The position numbers and the translations under genes are program-made. The notes beneath the pieces were generated by a model. The model saw nothing but the letters and a program-made list of their open reading frames with translations, searched no databases and was not told the origin of the DNA. Positions 49,167-57,945 of a stretch of DNA of 64,000 bases are shown here, one piece after another (position 1 is the first letter of the stretch; each line of letters opens with the position of its first letter). The stretch covers positions 352,001-416,000 of the forward strand of contig CBDFJF010000001.1 of NCBI GenBank assembly GCA_965248265.1, given 5' to 3'. This DNA is from Candidatus Latescibacterota bacterium (GTDB lineage: Bacteria > Latescibacterota > UBA2968 > UBA8231).

Positions 49167-50326
49167 ACGACGTGGGTCACCACGTGGATCGCTCTGAAAG
49201 TGACGAGGTCGTTGCACTGATGGCTCTGTCCAGGCTCAGCGGCATCGGAGACAAACGACGGGCAGACCTGCTCGACGTATTCGGTACGGCCAGGGAGGCC
49301 CTCAACGTGCCGGCGTCGCAGTGGGCACCGGTGTTGGGACTCAGCGTTTCGGTGCTGGAGAAAACTCGAAACAGCCTGGATCGTTCGTGGGCCCAATCAC
49401 GGCTGGCGATGCTCGAGGGGCGGGGAGGGCGAGCCGTTCTGCTTCAGGACCATGGTTATCCCGAACTGCTACGGCAGCTGGCGTCTCCGCCGCCCGTGCT
49501 GTTCGTCCTCGGAGCTCCTGCCCTGCTCTCACAGACATACTGCGTGGCCGTGGTAGGTACTCGTCGGCCGAGCCGGTCAGGAGAGGCCATGGCTCGCCGG
49601 ATTGTGACCGGATTGGCTGTCAGGGGCTTTTGCGTCGTCTCGGGCATGGCCATCGGTATCGACACGGCCGCTCACACCGGGGCGCTGGAAGCAGGGGGAA
49701 GGACCATCGCCGTGCTCGGCAGTGGAGTCGATGTCGTGACTCCTCCAGCCAACGGCGATCTCTACCACCGGATCGAGCGACACGGGGCCGTGGTTTCTGA
49801 CCTGCTCCCTGGGACGCCTGGTAACACCTACACCTTTCCGCGCAGGAACAGGATCATCAGCGGCCTTTCACTGGGAACAGTCCTGATTGAGGCGCCACGC
49901 GTCAGCGGTGCCCTGATCACGGCTCGCAACGCAATCGAGCAAGGCCGCATGCTGTTCGCAGTGCCCGGTGATGTGGCAACGGGAAAGAATGCAGGTTGTC
50001 ACCAGTTGATCCGGGAGGGTGCTCAGCTGGTAGAGTGTGCGGAGGAAGTCGCCGAGGCCCTCAAGCCGCTGTTACCAACCGATGTTGAGCTCCCCAGCGT
50101 GGCCGCAGCACGATCCCCGGCTTCTGGCTCCCAGCTCGACCCGCGGCAGCGACTGGTTCTGGGGCGGCTGGAAGCAGAACCATCGTCCGTTGACGAGCTG
50201 GCGGTCGCCAGTGAGTTGAGCACGGCTCAACTGCTGGACGCGCTGTCGAGACTCGAACTTGCCGGCCTGGTTGACCAGCTTCCCGGGAAACGATTCTGCC
50301 TCAGTGAGACGGTGGCTCCCTCTTAG
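49163..50326 (+). CDS. dprA: DNA-processing protein DprA
   Basis: AVVGTR, VSGMAIGID..AH, FPRRNRIISGLS, SGALITA, VPG and a C-terminal wHTH. Confidence 0.95.
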   Translation: MNDVGHHVDRSESDEVVALMALSRLSGIGDKRRADLLDVFGTAREALNVPASQWAPVLGLSVSVLEKTRNSLDRSWAQSRLAMLEGRGGRAVLLQDHGYPELLRQLASPPPVLFVLGAPALLSQTYCVAVVGTRRPSRSGEAMARRIVTGLAVRGFCVVSGMAIGIDTAAHTGALEAGGRTIAVLGSGVDVVTPPANGDLYHRIERHGAVVSDLLPGTPGNTYTFPRRNRIISGLSLGTVLIEAPRVSGALITARNAIEQGRMLFAVPGDVATGKNAGCHQLIREGAQLVECAEEVAEALKPLLPTDVELPSVAAARSPASGSQLDPRQRLVLGRLEAEPSSVDELAVASELSTAQLLDALSRLELAGLVDQLPGKRFCLSETVAPS

Positions 50327-50528
50327 CGGTGCTGCCAGCGTTGATGTCCGTCTCCGCCGGTTCGATCTGAATCAGGCCCGAGTCGTCGCCACTTCGTCCG
50401 CCACAGGAGTCTACGACGCGTCCGATGAATGGGCGCAACAGGCGCCACAACACCCATACGCCGCAGCTGGCCGCTATGAGGATGGCTGCTATTGCCTGCC
50501 ACTGATCTGCAATCGTAGTCAGGATCAT
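50301..50528 (-). CDS. Small FeoB-associated membrane protein
   Basis: Single TM helix plus SCGG, directly downstream of feoB. Confidence 0.55.
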   Translation of the reverse strand: MILTTIADQWQAIAAILIAASCGVWVLWRLLRPFIGRVVDSCGGRSGDDSGLIQIEPAETDINAGSTAKREPPSH

Positions 50529-50538
50529 GTGCACGGCC

Positions 50539-52701
50539 CTACAGCAGACGCGACATGAGCTGGAAGGTCGCCCAGGAACCGATGTAGGCCAACGCTGTCA
50601 TGTAGGCGAAGGTAAATGCCGGCCACCTCCAAGACTGCGTTTCTCGCTGGATCACGGCCAGGGTCGACATGCATTGAGCACACAGTGCGAAGAAAACCAT
50701 GATGGATAGGGCCACCGGCACGGTAAACACGATGGTGCCATCCGCGTGTCTGGCGTTCTGCAATGCCTGTCGAAGTGCCCCCGATTCCTCGTCGTGCTCG
50801 CCTCCCAGACTGTAGATCGTTCCCAGTACGGATATGATGATTTCCCGCGCCGGAAAGGAGGCCAGCGTGGCCATGCCGATGCGCCAGTCCCAGCCGAGTG
50901 GACGTACCAGTGGCTCCACTGCCCGTCCGGCGCGCCCGAGATAACTGGCCTCCAGCAACGCGGCGGCCTCGGCCTGATCGACCGCTTCGAGCTTGTGGGG
51001 GGCGGACTCCTCGATCGCCGTTCGCTGCGTTTCGAACTGGTCGATGATTTCCTGTGGCCGGGGAAAATAGGCCAGGGCCCACATGACGATGGTCGTGGCC
51101 ATGATGATGGTGCCGGCGCGCAGGACGAAGGCCTTGCTGTTGTGGTAAACACGCAGGCCAACTGTTTGCGGGCTCGGCCACTTGTATGACGGCAGTTCCA
51201 GCAGGAACGGGGGTGGGTCACCCTTCAGCAAGGTCTTCTTCAACAACCAGGCCACGGGAACGGCGACGACGACACCGACAGAATACATGGCCAGCAATGT
51301 GAATCCCTGTACGCCAAACCAGTTGCCCAGCAGCGGGCGCTCTGGAATGAAGGCTGCAATGAGGAGGACGTACACGGGTAACCGTGCCGAGCAACTCATC
51401 AGCGGCGCCACCATCATGGTGGCAAGGCGATCGCGGCGATCCTCGATGGTCCGGGTAGCCATGACCCCGGGGATGGCGCAGGCGAAGCTTGAAAGCAGTG
51501 GCAGGAATGACTTACCAGAAAGTCCACAGCGAGTGAGCAGGCGGTCCATCAGCAAGGCGGCACGAGCCATGTAACCGCAGTCCTCCATCACGGCGACGAA
51601 AAGAAACAGAATCGCGATTTGAGGAAGAAAGATGAAGACGGCTCCGACACCGGCTACTATTCCATCAACCACCAGGCTGCGAAGGGCACCTGCGGGGATC
51701 GCGGTTCCGACAACAGTGCCGAAGTCAGCGATAACGGAGTCGATCGCATTCATCAGCGGCGCCGCCCATCGGTAGATACTCTGGAAGACGAATGCGCTGA
51801 TCGACAAGAAGATGAGCACTCCAATGTAACGGTGGGTCAATACTCGATCGATCCGATCCGACGCGCTCGCCTGCATCTCTTGGGGGTGCTGCATGCACTC
51901 TTCGAGGATGCCGTCGATCCAGGCGTAACGGAGTTCGGTCTCCAGGGTGGTCAGCGGTGCTGCAAGGTGCAGTCCCTTTCTCATCCCGGCCAGTTCCTGT
52001 CCGGTGCCGACGCCGTGTCGCTGGATCAGTCTCTCCTCCACATGGCCGCCCTCATCGATGAGCGCCCGCAAGGCCTCGAAGGGGCGGATGGAGTCAGGGG
52101 TTGACGTCAATCGGGCAACCAGCTCAGCTACTTCAGGCGGAAAAATGACTGCTGAGTCCGCCGCTTGGCGCGGTTGCTGCACAGCCTCGGCGACGGCTGT
52201 GGCCAGAGGCTCGAGGCCCTGACGTCGGTTGGCACACAGTGGAACTACCGGAACGCCCAGTTGGCTGGACAATTCCTGAGCGTCAACGTGAATGCGGCGC
52301 GACTCGGCAATGTCGACCATGTTGAGTGCGACAACGATCGGTATCTGAACCTCCAGCAGCTGTGACAACAGATAGAGGTTGCGCCTGAGATTACTGGCGT
52401 CGACGATGACGACTGCCGCATCCGCGTCGGGATCACCGTTCTGCCCGCCAAGCAGAATGTCGACGGCGATCATTTCGTCAGGTGAGCGAGCTGCCAGGCT
52501 GTAGGTTCCGGGAAGGTCGAGCAATTCGGCCGTCTGTCCGTCGGGCAGTGACCATGCCCCCGATTTGCGTTCGACCGTGACGCCGGGATAGTTACCTATC
52601 TGCTGAGCGAGTCCGGTGAGTGCGTTGAAGAGAGTGGTCTTGCCGGTATTGGGATTGCCGATCAAGGCGACGAGCTTGCGCTCGGGAGCACGAGGAGGCA
52701 A
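50539..52701 (-). CDS. feoB: Ferrous iron transporter B
   Basis: GNPNTGKT, NYPGVTVE, DLPGTYSL, NMVD, EDCGYMAR, MSCSARLP and LELP.Y..P. Confidence 0.96.
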   Translation of the reverse strand: MPPRAPERKLVALIGNPNTGKTTLFNALTGLAQQIGNYPGVTVERKSGAWSLPDGQTAELLDLPGTYSLAARSPDEMIAVDILLGGQNGDPDADAAVVIVDASNLRRNLYLLSQLLEVQIPIVVALNMVDIAESRRIHVDAQELSSQLGVPVVPLCANRRQGLEPLATAVAEAVQQPRQAADSAVIFPPEVAELVARLTSTPDSIRPFEALRALIDEGGHVEERLIQRHGVGTGQELAGMRKGLHLAAPLTTLETELRYAWIDGILEECMQHPQEMQASASDRIDRVLTHRYIGVLIFLSISAFVFQSIYRWAAPLMNAIDSVIADFGTVVGTAIPAGALRSLVVDGIVAGVGAVFIFLPQIAILFLFVAVMEDCGYMARAALLMDRLLTRCGLSGKSFLPLLSSFACAIPGVMATRTIEDRRDRLATMMVAPLMSCSARLPVYVLLIAAFIPERPLLGNWFGVQGFTLLAMYSVGVVVAVPVAWLLKKTLLKGDPPPFLLELPSYKWPSPQTVGLRVYHNSKAFVLRAGTIIMATTIVMWALAYFPRPQEIIDQFETQRTAIEESAPHKLEAVDQAEAAALLEASYLGRAGRAVEPLVRPLGWDWRIGMATLASFPAREIIISVLGTIYSLGGEHDEESGALRQALQNARHADGTIVFTVPVALSIMVFFALCAQCMSTLAVIQRETQSWRWPAFTFAYMTALAYIGSWATFQLMSRLL

Positions 52702-52719
52702 GGGTTGCGGAAGCAGTCG

Positions 52720-53004
52720 CTAGTGCCCGAGTGCGGGCTCCAGCGTCGTGGCTGCTGCTGCCAGTACCGGGCTCACCAGGATCGCCTCGGCGTCACGTCG
52801 TCGGATGCACAGGCGCAACTCACCCAGTTGCAGCATGAGTGTACCGCCTACGCGTAGTACACGAACCGCAGAGCCTCGAAGGCAACCGAACTCCCTGAGC
52901 CGGGTGGCGAGTGGAGTGCTTCCACGGATCTCAGCCACCGTGGCTTCCTGGCCTCGGGAAAGTGAGGACAGTCGTGTTACGGGAGTTGACGAATCAGTGT
53001 GCAC
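52720..53004 (-). CDS. feoA: FeoA family protein
   Basis: SH3-like LSSL..G....V..I......RLREFG...G..V; directly upstream of feoB. Confidence 0.88.
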   Translation of the reverse strand: MHTDSSTPVTRLSSLSRGQEATVAEIRGSTPLATRLREFGCLRGSAVRVLRVGGTLMLQLGELRLCIRRRDAEAILVSPVLAAAATTLEPALGH

Positions 53005-53020
53005 GATTGATCAGCCTCGT

Positions 53021-53131
53021 TTGGCTAGGCTACGTTGTGTTAGGCTATGCCACAATTTGTTTGGCATATCAAACAACTGATTGGTAAGCCGAATCTGTGT
53101 AGAAATATACCAGCAGCCATTAGCATGTCAA
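53021..53131 (-). promoter_or_regulatory. feoA promoter with an array of DtxR/MntR-like boxes
   Basis: TTGACA-16 nt-TATATT (53104-53131) with TG extension. Palindrome TTGTTTG-GCATAT-CAAACAA (53057-53076) is flanked by weaker copies at about 20-bp spacing. Confidence 0.65.
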
Positions 53132-53194
53132 CACTTTTCTGTATATCGACCAGAATGCGTAATCTCCCCACAAATGATCGACTTACGGTAGTTG

Positions 53195-53290
53195 TTGACA
53201 CCCACCCAAGTCAAGTTTAGCTTACCGTCCATAAGTTTGGTATGCCAAACTTATGATTTGCTTGCCAATCTATTGGATGCCTTGCCTCCC
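53195..53290 (+). promoter_or_regulatory. Porin-operon promoter with a perfect DtxR/MntR-like operator
   Basis: TTGACA-17 nt-TAGCTT (53195-53223) and perfect inverted repeat CATAAGTTTGG-TATG-CCAAACTTATG (53230-53255). Confidence 0.7.
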
Positions 53291-53372
53291 AGGCGGTTGT
53301 ACTGTCAACCCGCTGATGCCGGTGTACATCGACCCTGTGAAAAGCATCTCAACGGCGTAGGAGAGAGAACCA

Positions 53373-54485
53373 ATGGCCGGATGGAAACTCGCGCGATTGA
53401 TTCGATGGAAGCTCACGCATTGTTCCATGGTGATACTGGTTGTGGTTGGGATGGTGCCAACATACGCGGCCGCGGACGATCCGCGTCCATCGGTACCGGG
53501 TGGCGTTCATGACAAGCCACACCTCGATAGCTCTTCCCCAGAGCGAGGGACCGTTGTTGGGGGGTACATGGACCACGAGCTGTTTTGGAATGGTGACACG
53601 AAAACATTCGATCAGCACCGCTTCATTCCCTTCATCCACGGCACCGTCAGCGATCGCATCCACGTCGCGGCCGAACTCGAGTTCGAGCACGGGGGAAACG
53701 TGGCAGGCGACGGAGAGATCAAGCTCGAGTTCGCCGTCTTGGACATCACCTTCAGCGAGGCGGTCAACTACCGGGGTGGGGTCATCCTGTCTCCACTAGG
53801 TCGCTTCAACCTGATCCATGACAGTCCGCTCAACGATTTCAGTAACCGGCCCCTCGTCAACCGCGAGATCATTCCCACAACATTGAGTGAAGCGGGCATG
53901 GGGCTTTTCGGTGTGCTCTATCCCTCCGAATCGGCGTTGCTTGGCTACGAGGTTTACCTGGTCAACGGCTTCAACGAGGCGACAGCGGGGAGAATTCGTT
54001 CGGGACGCGGCAGCCAGAAGAGTGACAACAACGATGAGAAATCGGTCGTTGGCCGGCTCAACTACAGCCCGGTGCTGGGCCTGGATCTGGGTGCCTCCGG
54101 GCATTTCGGGGCCTACGATGACGCCGGGCAAGAGAACCTGACGATCCTCGCTCTGGATGGAAGTTGGAACCGAGGTGCCTGGGATGGAAAGGCGGAATTT
54201 GCCAGGGCGTCGGTGGGTGGGGCACCGGCCGACACGCGTTTGGGCTACTACGCCCAGCTGGGTTACCACTTCCTCACCGAAGCCATTGACACATTTCCCA
54301 ATTCCGTGTTCACGGCATCAGCCCGCTATGACTACATCGACCTCGATTCCAGCGATGAGAGCCGCTACACCTTCGGACTCAACTTCAGGCCAGAAGAAGA
54401 CACCGCGATGAAGCTCGACTACGAGATCTGGGACAAAGACGACGACAAGACAGGTGTCGTATTGTCGGTTGCATCCTATTTTTGA
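53373..54485 (+). CDS. Outer-membrane beta-barrel porin (OprO/P-like superfamily)
   Basis: Signal peptide, ELEFEHG, G.FN..H.....RP.V....IP, GYYAQLGY and a terminal SYF. Confidence 0.8.
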   Translation: MAGWKLARLIRWKLTHCSMVILVVVGMVPTYAAADDPRPSVPGGVHDKPHLDSSSPERGTVVGGYMDHELFWNGDTKTFDQHRFIPFIHGTVSDRIHVAAELEFEHGGNVAGDGEIKLEFAVLDITFSEAVNYRGGVILSPLGRFNLIHDSPLNDFSNRPLVNREIIPTTLSEAGMGLFGVLYPSESALLGYEVYLVNGFNEATAGRIRSGRGSQKSDNNDEKSVVGRLNYSPVLGLDLGASGHFGAYDDAGQENLTILALDGSWNRGAWDGKAEFARASVGGAPADTRLGYYAQLGYHFLTEAIDTFPNSVFTASARYDYIDLDSSDESRYTFGLNFRPEEDTAMKLDYEIWDKDDDKTGVVLSVASYF

Positions 54486-54490
54486 CTTAT

Positions 54491-55087
54491 ATGAATTTTC
54501 GCGAACTAAGCAGGGTGTTAGCCCTGGTCGTGGTATCGTGCGTGCCGATGCTGCTGCCGGTACGGCGGGCCGCAGCTGATGACACGTCAACACCGATTCG
54601 GGTATACTATACCGCCGATGAGGCGCGACAAAGGATCTTCCCAGAGGCTGTCAGGTTCGAGCCGGAGACCCACACCATCCCACGGCAGGTGAAGCTTGAC
54701 CTGGAGGGTCAGCTGGGACGATTGTTCGCCGAGGACAGCCTGGAAGTGTACCTGGCCTACGACGCGGACAACCTGGTTGGGTACGCTGTAATCAGCAATG
54801 AGATTGGCAAATACCAACCCATCACCTTCATGGTAGGGGTAACCGCGGACTTCCGCGTGCAAGGTGCCGCGATTCTCGTTTATCGCGAGAGTCGTGGTGG
54901 AGAAGTCCGGCGCGCGCGGTTCTTGAGGCAGTACCGCGATAAGACGTCCCGCGATCCGATTCGGATCAATCGGGATATCGTCAACATCTCCGGCGCCACG
55001 CTGTCCGTGCGTGCACTGAATTTCGGGGTGAGGAAGTTGCTCGCCATCACCGAGCACCTGTACGGCCACCGGACGGCTTTCAAATGA
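54491..55087 (+). CDS. Periplasmic FMN-binding domain protein
   Basis: Signal peptide, IGKYQPITFMVGV, YRESRGGEV...FL.QY and flavinylation motif DIVNISGATLS. Confidence 0.85.
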   Translation: MNFRELSRVLALVVVSCVPMLLPVRRAAADDTSTPIRVYYTADEARQRIFPEAVRFEPETHTIPRQVKLDLEGQLGRLFAEDSLEVYLAYDADNLVGYAVISNEIGKYQPITFMVGVTADFRVQGAAILVYRESRGGEVRRARFLRQYRDKTSRDPIRINRDIVNISGATLSVRALNFGVRKLLAITEHLYGHRTAFK

Positions 55088-55611
55088 AGTACTTCACTAA
55101 CAGGTCACAGCTCGCGCGGATGGATTTTCACACCAAGCTGATTATGACCTACTTCCTAATCTTCACGCTGCTGGCCATCGGATTCTCCATCTACATGTCG
55201 GTGCAACGTACCGGCCTCAGTGTGCAGGGCGCGTCGGATTATTATCGTGGCGCCGAGGAGCGCATGATGTTCGCAAAGGAAGCAACCGAGCTGACGGAGA
55301 CCACACACTTTCATGCCTTCATCATGCCCGTCATTTTTCTCACCACCGGGCATCTGTTTCTGCTCAGTGCCTGGGGTTCCCGGTGGAAAACCATCATCAT
55401 CACCGGCGGGTTCTGCTACGTCCTCCTCGACCTCGCCAAGCCGTGGCTCATCCGCTACGGCGCGCCGGGCTTTGGCCTGCTGGCTCCGGTCAACTCGGTG
55501 CTGCTTTCGGCGACCTTCCTGGTGTTCATTTTCGTCCCCCTGTATGAAATGTGGTTGCTGAGTCCGAATCGCTCTGACTCCGGGGCGCGTGAGCCCACAC
55601 TGGGGGATTGA
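55084..55611 (+). CDS. Four-TM membrane protein with His motifs
   Basis: Four hydrophobic helices; YYRG, THFHAF and GHLF; overlaps the upstream stop (ATGA). Confidence 0.75.
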   Translation: MKYFTNRSQLARMDFHTKLIMTYFLIFTLLAIGFSIYMSVQRTGLSVQGASDYYRGAEERMMFAKEATELTETTHFHAFIMPVIFLTTGHLFLLSAWGSRWKTIIITGGFCYVLLDLAKPWLIRYGAPGFGLLAPVNSVLLSATFLVFIFVPLYEMWLLSPNRSDSGAREPTLGD

Positions 55612-55614
55612 GCT

Positions 55615-56520
55615 ATGCAGTGGATCGCGCACACGCGGATCGTGGCGTCCATTCTATCCCTCGCAACAGGAGTTGGAGCCTCCGACTTCTATGAGCACTG
55701 GGGGGATGGCCGGGCTGAGGTGTCCAGCTATGATGTGGTGGAGTCTCGTTACGGAGAGTTGCGTAGCGGCTACGGAGTTCTCGTCTACGTCACCGAGGAC
55801 ATCGATAGCAATACCCTCATCAAGGTCGAGTCGCAGCGCGCACCCGAGGCCAGGATCTACACGCTCAAGCTCAATAATGTTTTGAAATTCACCACGGGAA
55901 TTTACGACTACTCGGTCATGACCTCCGTGTTCAGTGCCGTGAAGGGCAGTGGGGGACCGCTCGAACTCAAGAAGATCACGCTGAGTGCGCAGGAATGGTG
56001 CGGCCACGTCTTCGAGGAAGTGCGCTTCGATGACGACGGAGGTATTCGAGGAGATCTCAACAGTTACTTCGAACGCGAGGGCAAACAGGAGTACCAGCTG
56101 GATGTTGCCGGCGAAGAGCACTTTATCAGTGAGGACCATCTGCTAATCGCGATTCGCGAGCTGATGGGTCCCATGATGGACGTTGGCAACCGTCGTGCGA
56201 TAACGCTGTTACCCAGCCTGTGGCACTTGCGGGTCCGGCATGCGCCGCGATCGGTCGTGGAAGCCGAACTCTACAAAGGAGTGGCGGAAATCCTGACGGT
56301 TGCTGGAGAGCCTACGGAGGCCATCCCCTGGCATTGGCGCGCGGTTGGAGCCGACATCGACAAGACCGTATGGGTAGAAACCGCTCAGCCGCATCGGATC
56401 CTGGCCTGGAAGGATGCGGATGGTGGCCGCGGAGAATTGCTCAAGACCCTGCGCTTGCCCTACTGGCAACTGCACGGCAACGCGGACCTGGTTTACAGGG
56501 ATAGCCTGGGTATCCCCTAG
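55615..56520 (+). CDS. Hypothetical exported protein
   Basis: Signal peptide; WGDGRAEVSSY, RYGELR.G, TGIYDYSVMTSVF, QEWCGHV and PYWQLH. Its stop codon is the IS target site. Confidence 0.8.
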   Translation: MQWIAHTRIVASILSLATGVGASDFYEHWGDGRAEVSSYDVVESRYGELRSGYGVLVYVTEDIDSNTLIKVESQRAPEARIYTLKLNNVLKFTTGIYDYSVMTSVFSAVKGSGGPLELKKITLSAQEWCGHVFEEVRFDDDGGIRGDLNSYFEREGKQEYQLDVAGEEHFISEDHLLIAIRELMGPMMDVGNRRAITLLPSLWHLRVRHAPRSVVEAELYKGVAEILTVAGEPTEAIPWHWRAVGADIDKTVWVETAQPHRILAWKDADGGRGELLKTLRLPYWQLHGNADLVYRDSLGIP

Positions 56521-57675
56521 TGCTCTGTTAAAGAGTGGGCATTGAGTTTTGGACTTTGGCCAGCTTGGCGTTGTCGGTGTTCTTGTTTCGCCACCTCAGG
56601 TACTCCTGCATGCGCTGGCCGACTTCTCGATGATCGTTGGGATCGCTGTTTTTAATGACGAAATAATGGGCTGCGGTGAGGTGACATTCGAGCCGATTCA
56701 TCCATGACGCGTTGGTGGCGGTGAAGACTGGAGAGACTTGGTTTCGTTGGCACCACTGCAGGATCGGCGGTGTCTTGTGCGTCGACAGATTATCCATGAC
56801 GACATAGATCCGCTCCGCCGTGCGATAGCGGAGCCGAATGGTCTTGAGGAAATCGAGTACGACTGACGCGTGTTTCTTGGGTTTGTGATGCATCCACAGG
56901 ATGTCCTCATGGACGTTATAGGCTCCGAAGAAATAGCTGACGCCGCCGTGGCGGCTATAGGTTGCCCGATGCCGGACCGGGCGCTTGTGTGGGGCCCAGG
57001 AAGCACCGGCATGCGGCTTGATCTGGACTGGTCCCAGTTCGTCGAAACAGACTACGACCGTGTCTTTCGGCGCCCGCTTGTAGAGTCGGTTGATGCGTTT
57101 TTTTTAGAGACAAACTCCGGGTCCTTTGATTCTTTCCAGGTGCGCGTCCGTTGATAGGTAACCTTATGTTGATCCAGGATTTTTCCGATGGTCACATGCG
57201 AAACCTCGGGAATCATCTGCCGTCCCACCAGGCAGTCGGTCAGCTTGCGCAACGACCACTGGTTGAACGGCTGGCCGAATGCACGGGGGGGCATCGTGGC
57301 AATTTCCACCACCACGGATTCGTCCTCCGGCGTCAACTTCGAAGGACGCCCCGGACGTGCCCGAGTGCGCAAAACCGTCAATCCCCCTTCGTTGTACTGG
57401 CGGATCAACTGGCGAACGTACTCCTCATGCAGATGCAGTGTATCCGAGATCTCCTGGACGCGCATGCCCTGGGCGCTGAACGAGATCAACTGCCCACGGC
57501 GCATCTGCACGGCGTTGCGAGGCCGTTTCAGCCACCGTCCCAGTTCCTTAGACTCCGCCGCGTTCGGCGAACGAGCATGGAGACACATAGCATGACCCTC
57601 CTGAAGGATTCACCATATGTATCCATGATACCACGACTTACGACAAAGTACAAGCTCGATTTCTTAACAGAGCAC
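56520..57675 (-). mobile_element. IS630-family insertion sequence, 1156 bp, complete
   Basis: 12-bp perfect terminal inverted repeats GTGCTCTGTTAA / TTAACAGAGCAC, with a TA duplication (56518-56519 and 57676-57677) in CTAG context. Confidence 0.93.
56528..57588 (-). CDS. IS630 transposase encoded in two frames joined by a -1 shift at an A8 run (57098-57105)
   Basis: ORF-A carries the HTH region (GRPSKL, WSLRKL, ESKDPEF). The -1 frame gives VCFDE, VMDNLSTHK and SWMNRLE (DDE triad). Confidence 0.9.
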
Positions 57676-57741
57676 TAGCGAGCTGAAACGGCCTGTCCAA
57701 CGGCACCACCCATCTCCTGCCGGAGCGCCTGGCCTGCCACA

Positions 57742-57889
57742 TCACCGCAACAGAAGGAGCTTCCGCGACTCTGCTTTGTCTTCGGTCTCCAGACGGTACA
57801 GGTATACCGGACGCCAGTTCGTGGCCGTCGTCATCGCGGCCGTCCCAGCGTAGCGTGTAGGCTCCCGCCTCGCGTACGCCCTGTACCAA
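57742..57889 (-). pseudogene. Orphan T9SS type-A / FlgD-Ig-like C-terminal domain fragment
   Basis: LVQGVREAGAYTLRWDGRDDDGHELASG, then after a frameshift YLYRLETEDKAESRKLLLLR-stop. Confidence 0.75.
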
Positions 57890-57914
57890 CTTGGCTTCCG
57901 CAACTCTGCTTTGT
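57759..57914. repeat. 21-bp direct repeat bracketing the CTD fragment
   Basis: GCTTCCGCGACTCTGCTTTGT (57759-57779) and GCTTCCGCAACTCTGCTTTGT (57894-57914), one mismatch. Confidence 0.8.
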
Positions 57915-57945
57915 ACGGGAACGAAAAGCGGGCTTTTTTTACCTG

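Noticed and set aside
57924-57940. Terminator after the PhyH gene (AAAAGCGGGCTTTTTT)
   Set aside because: The stem is too short and AT-rich to call with confidence.
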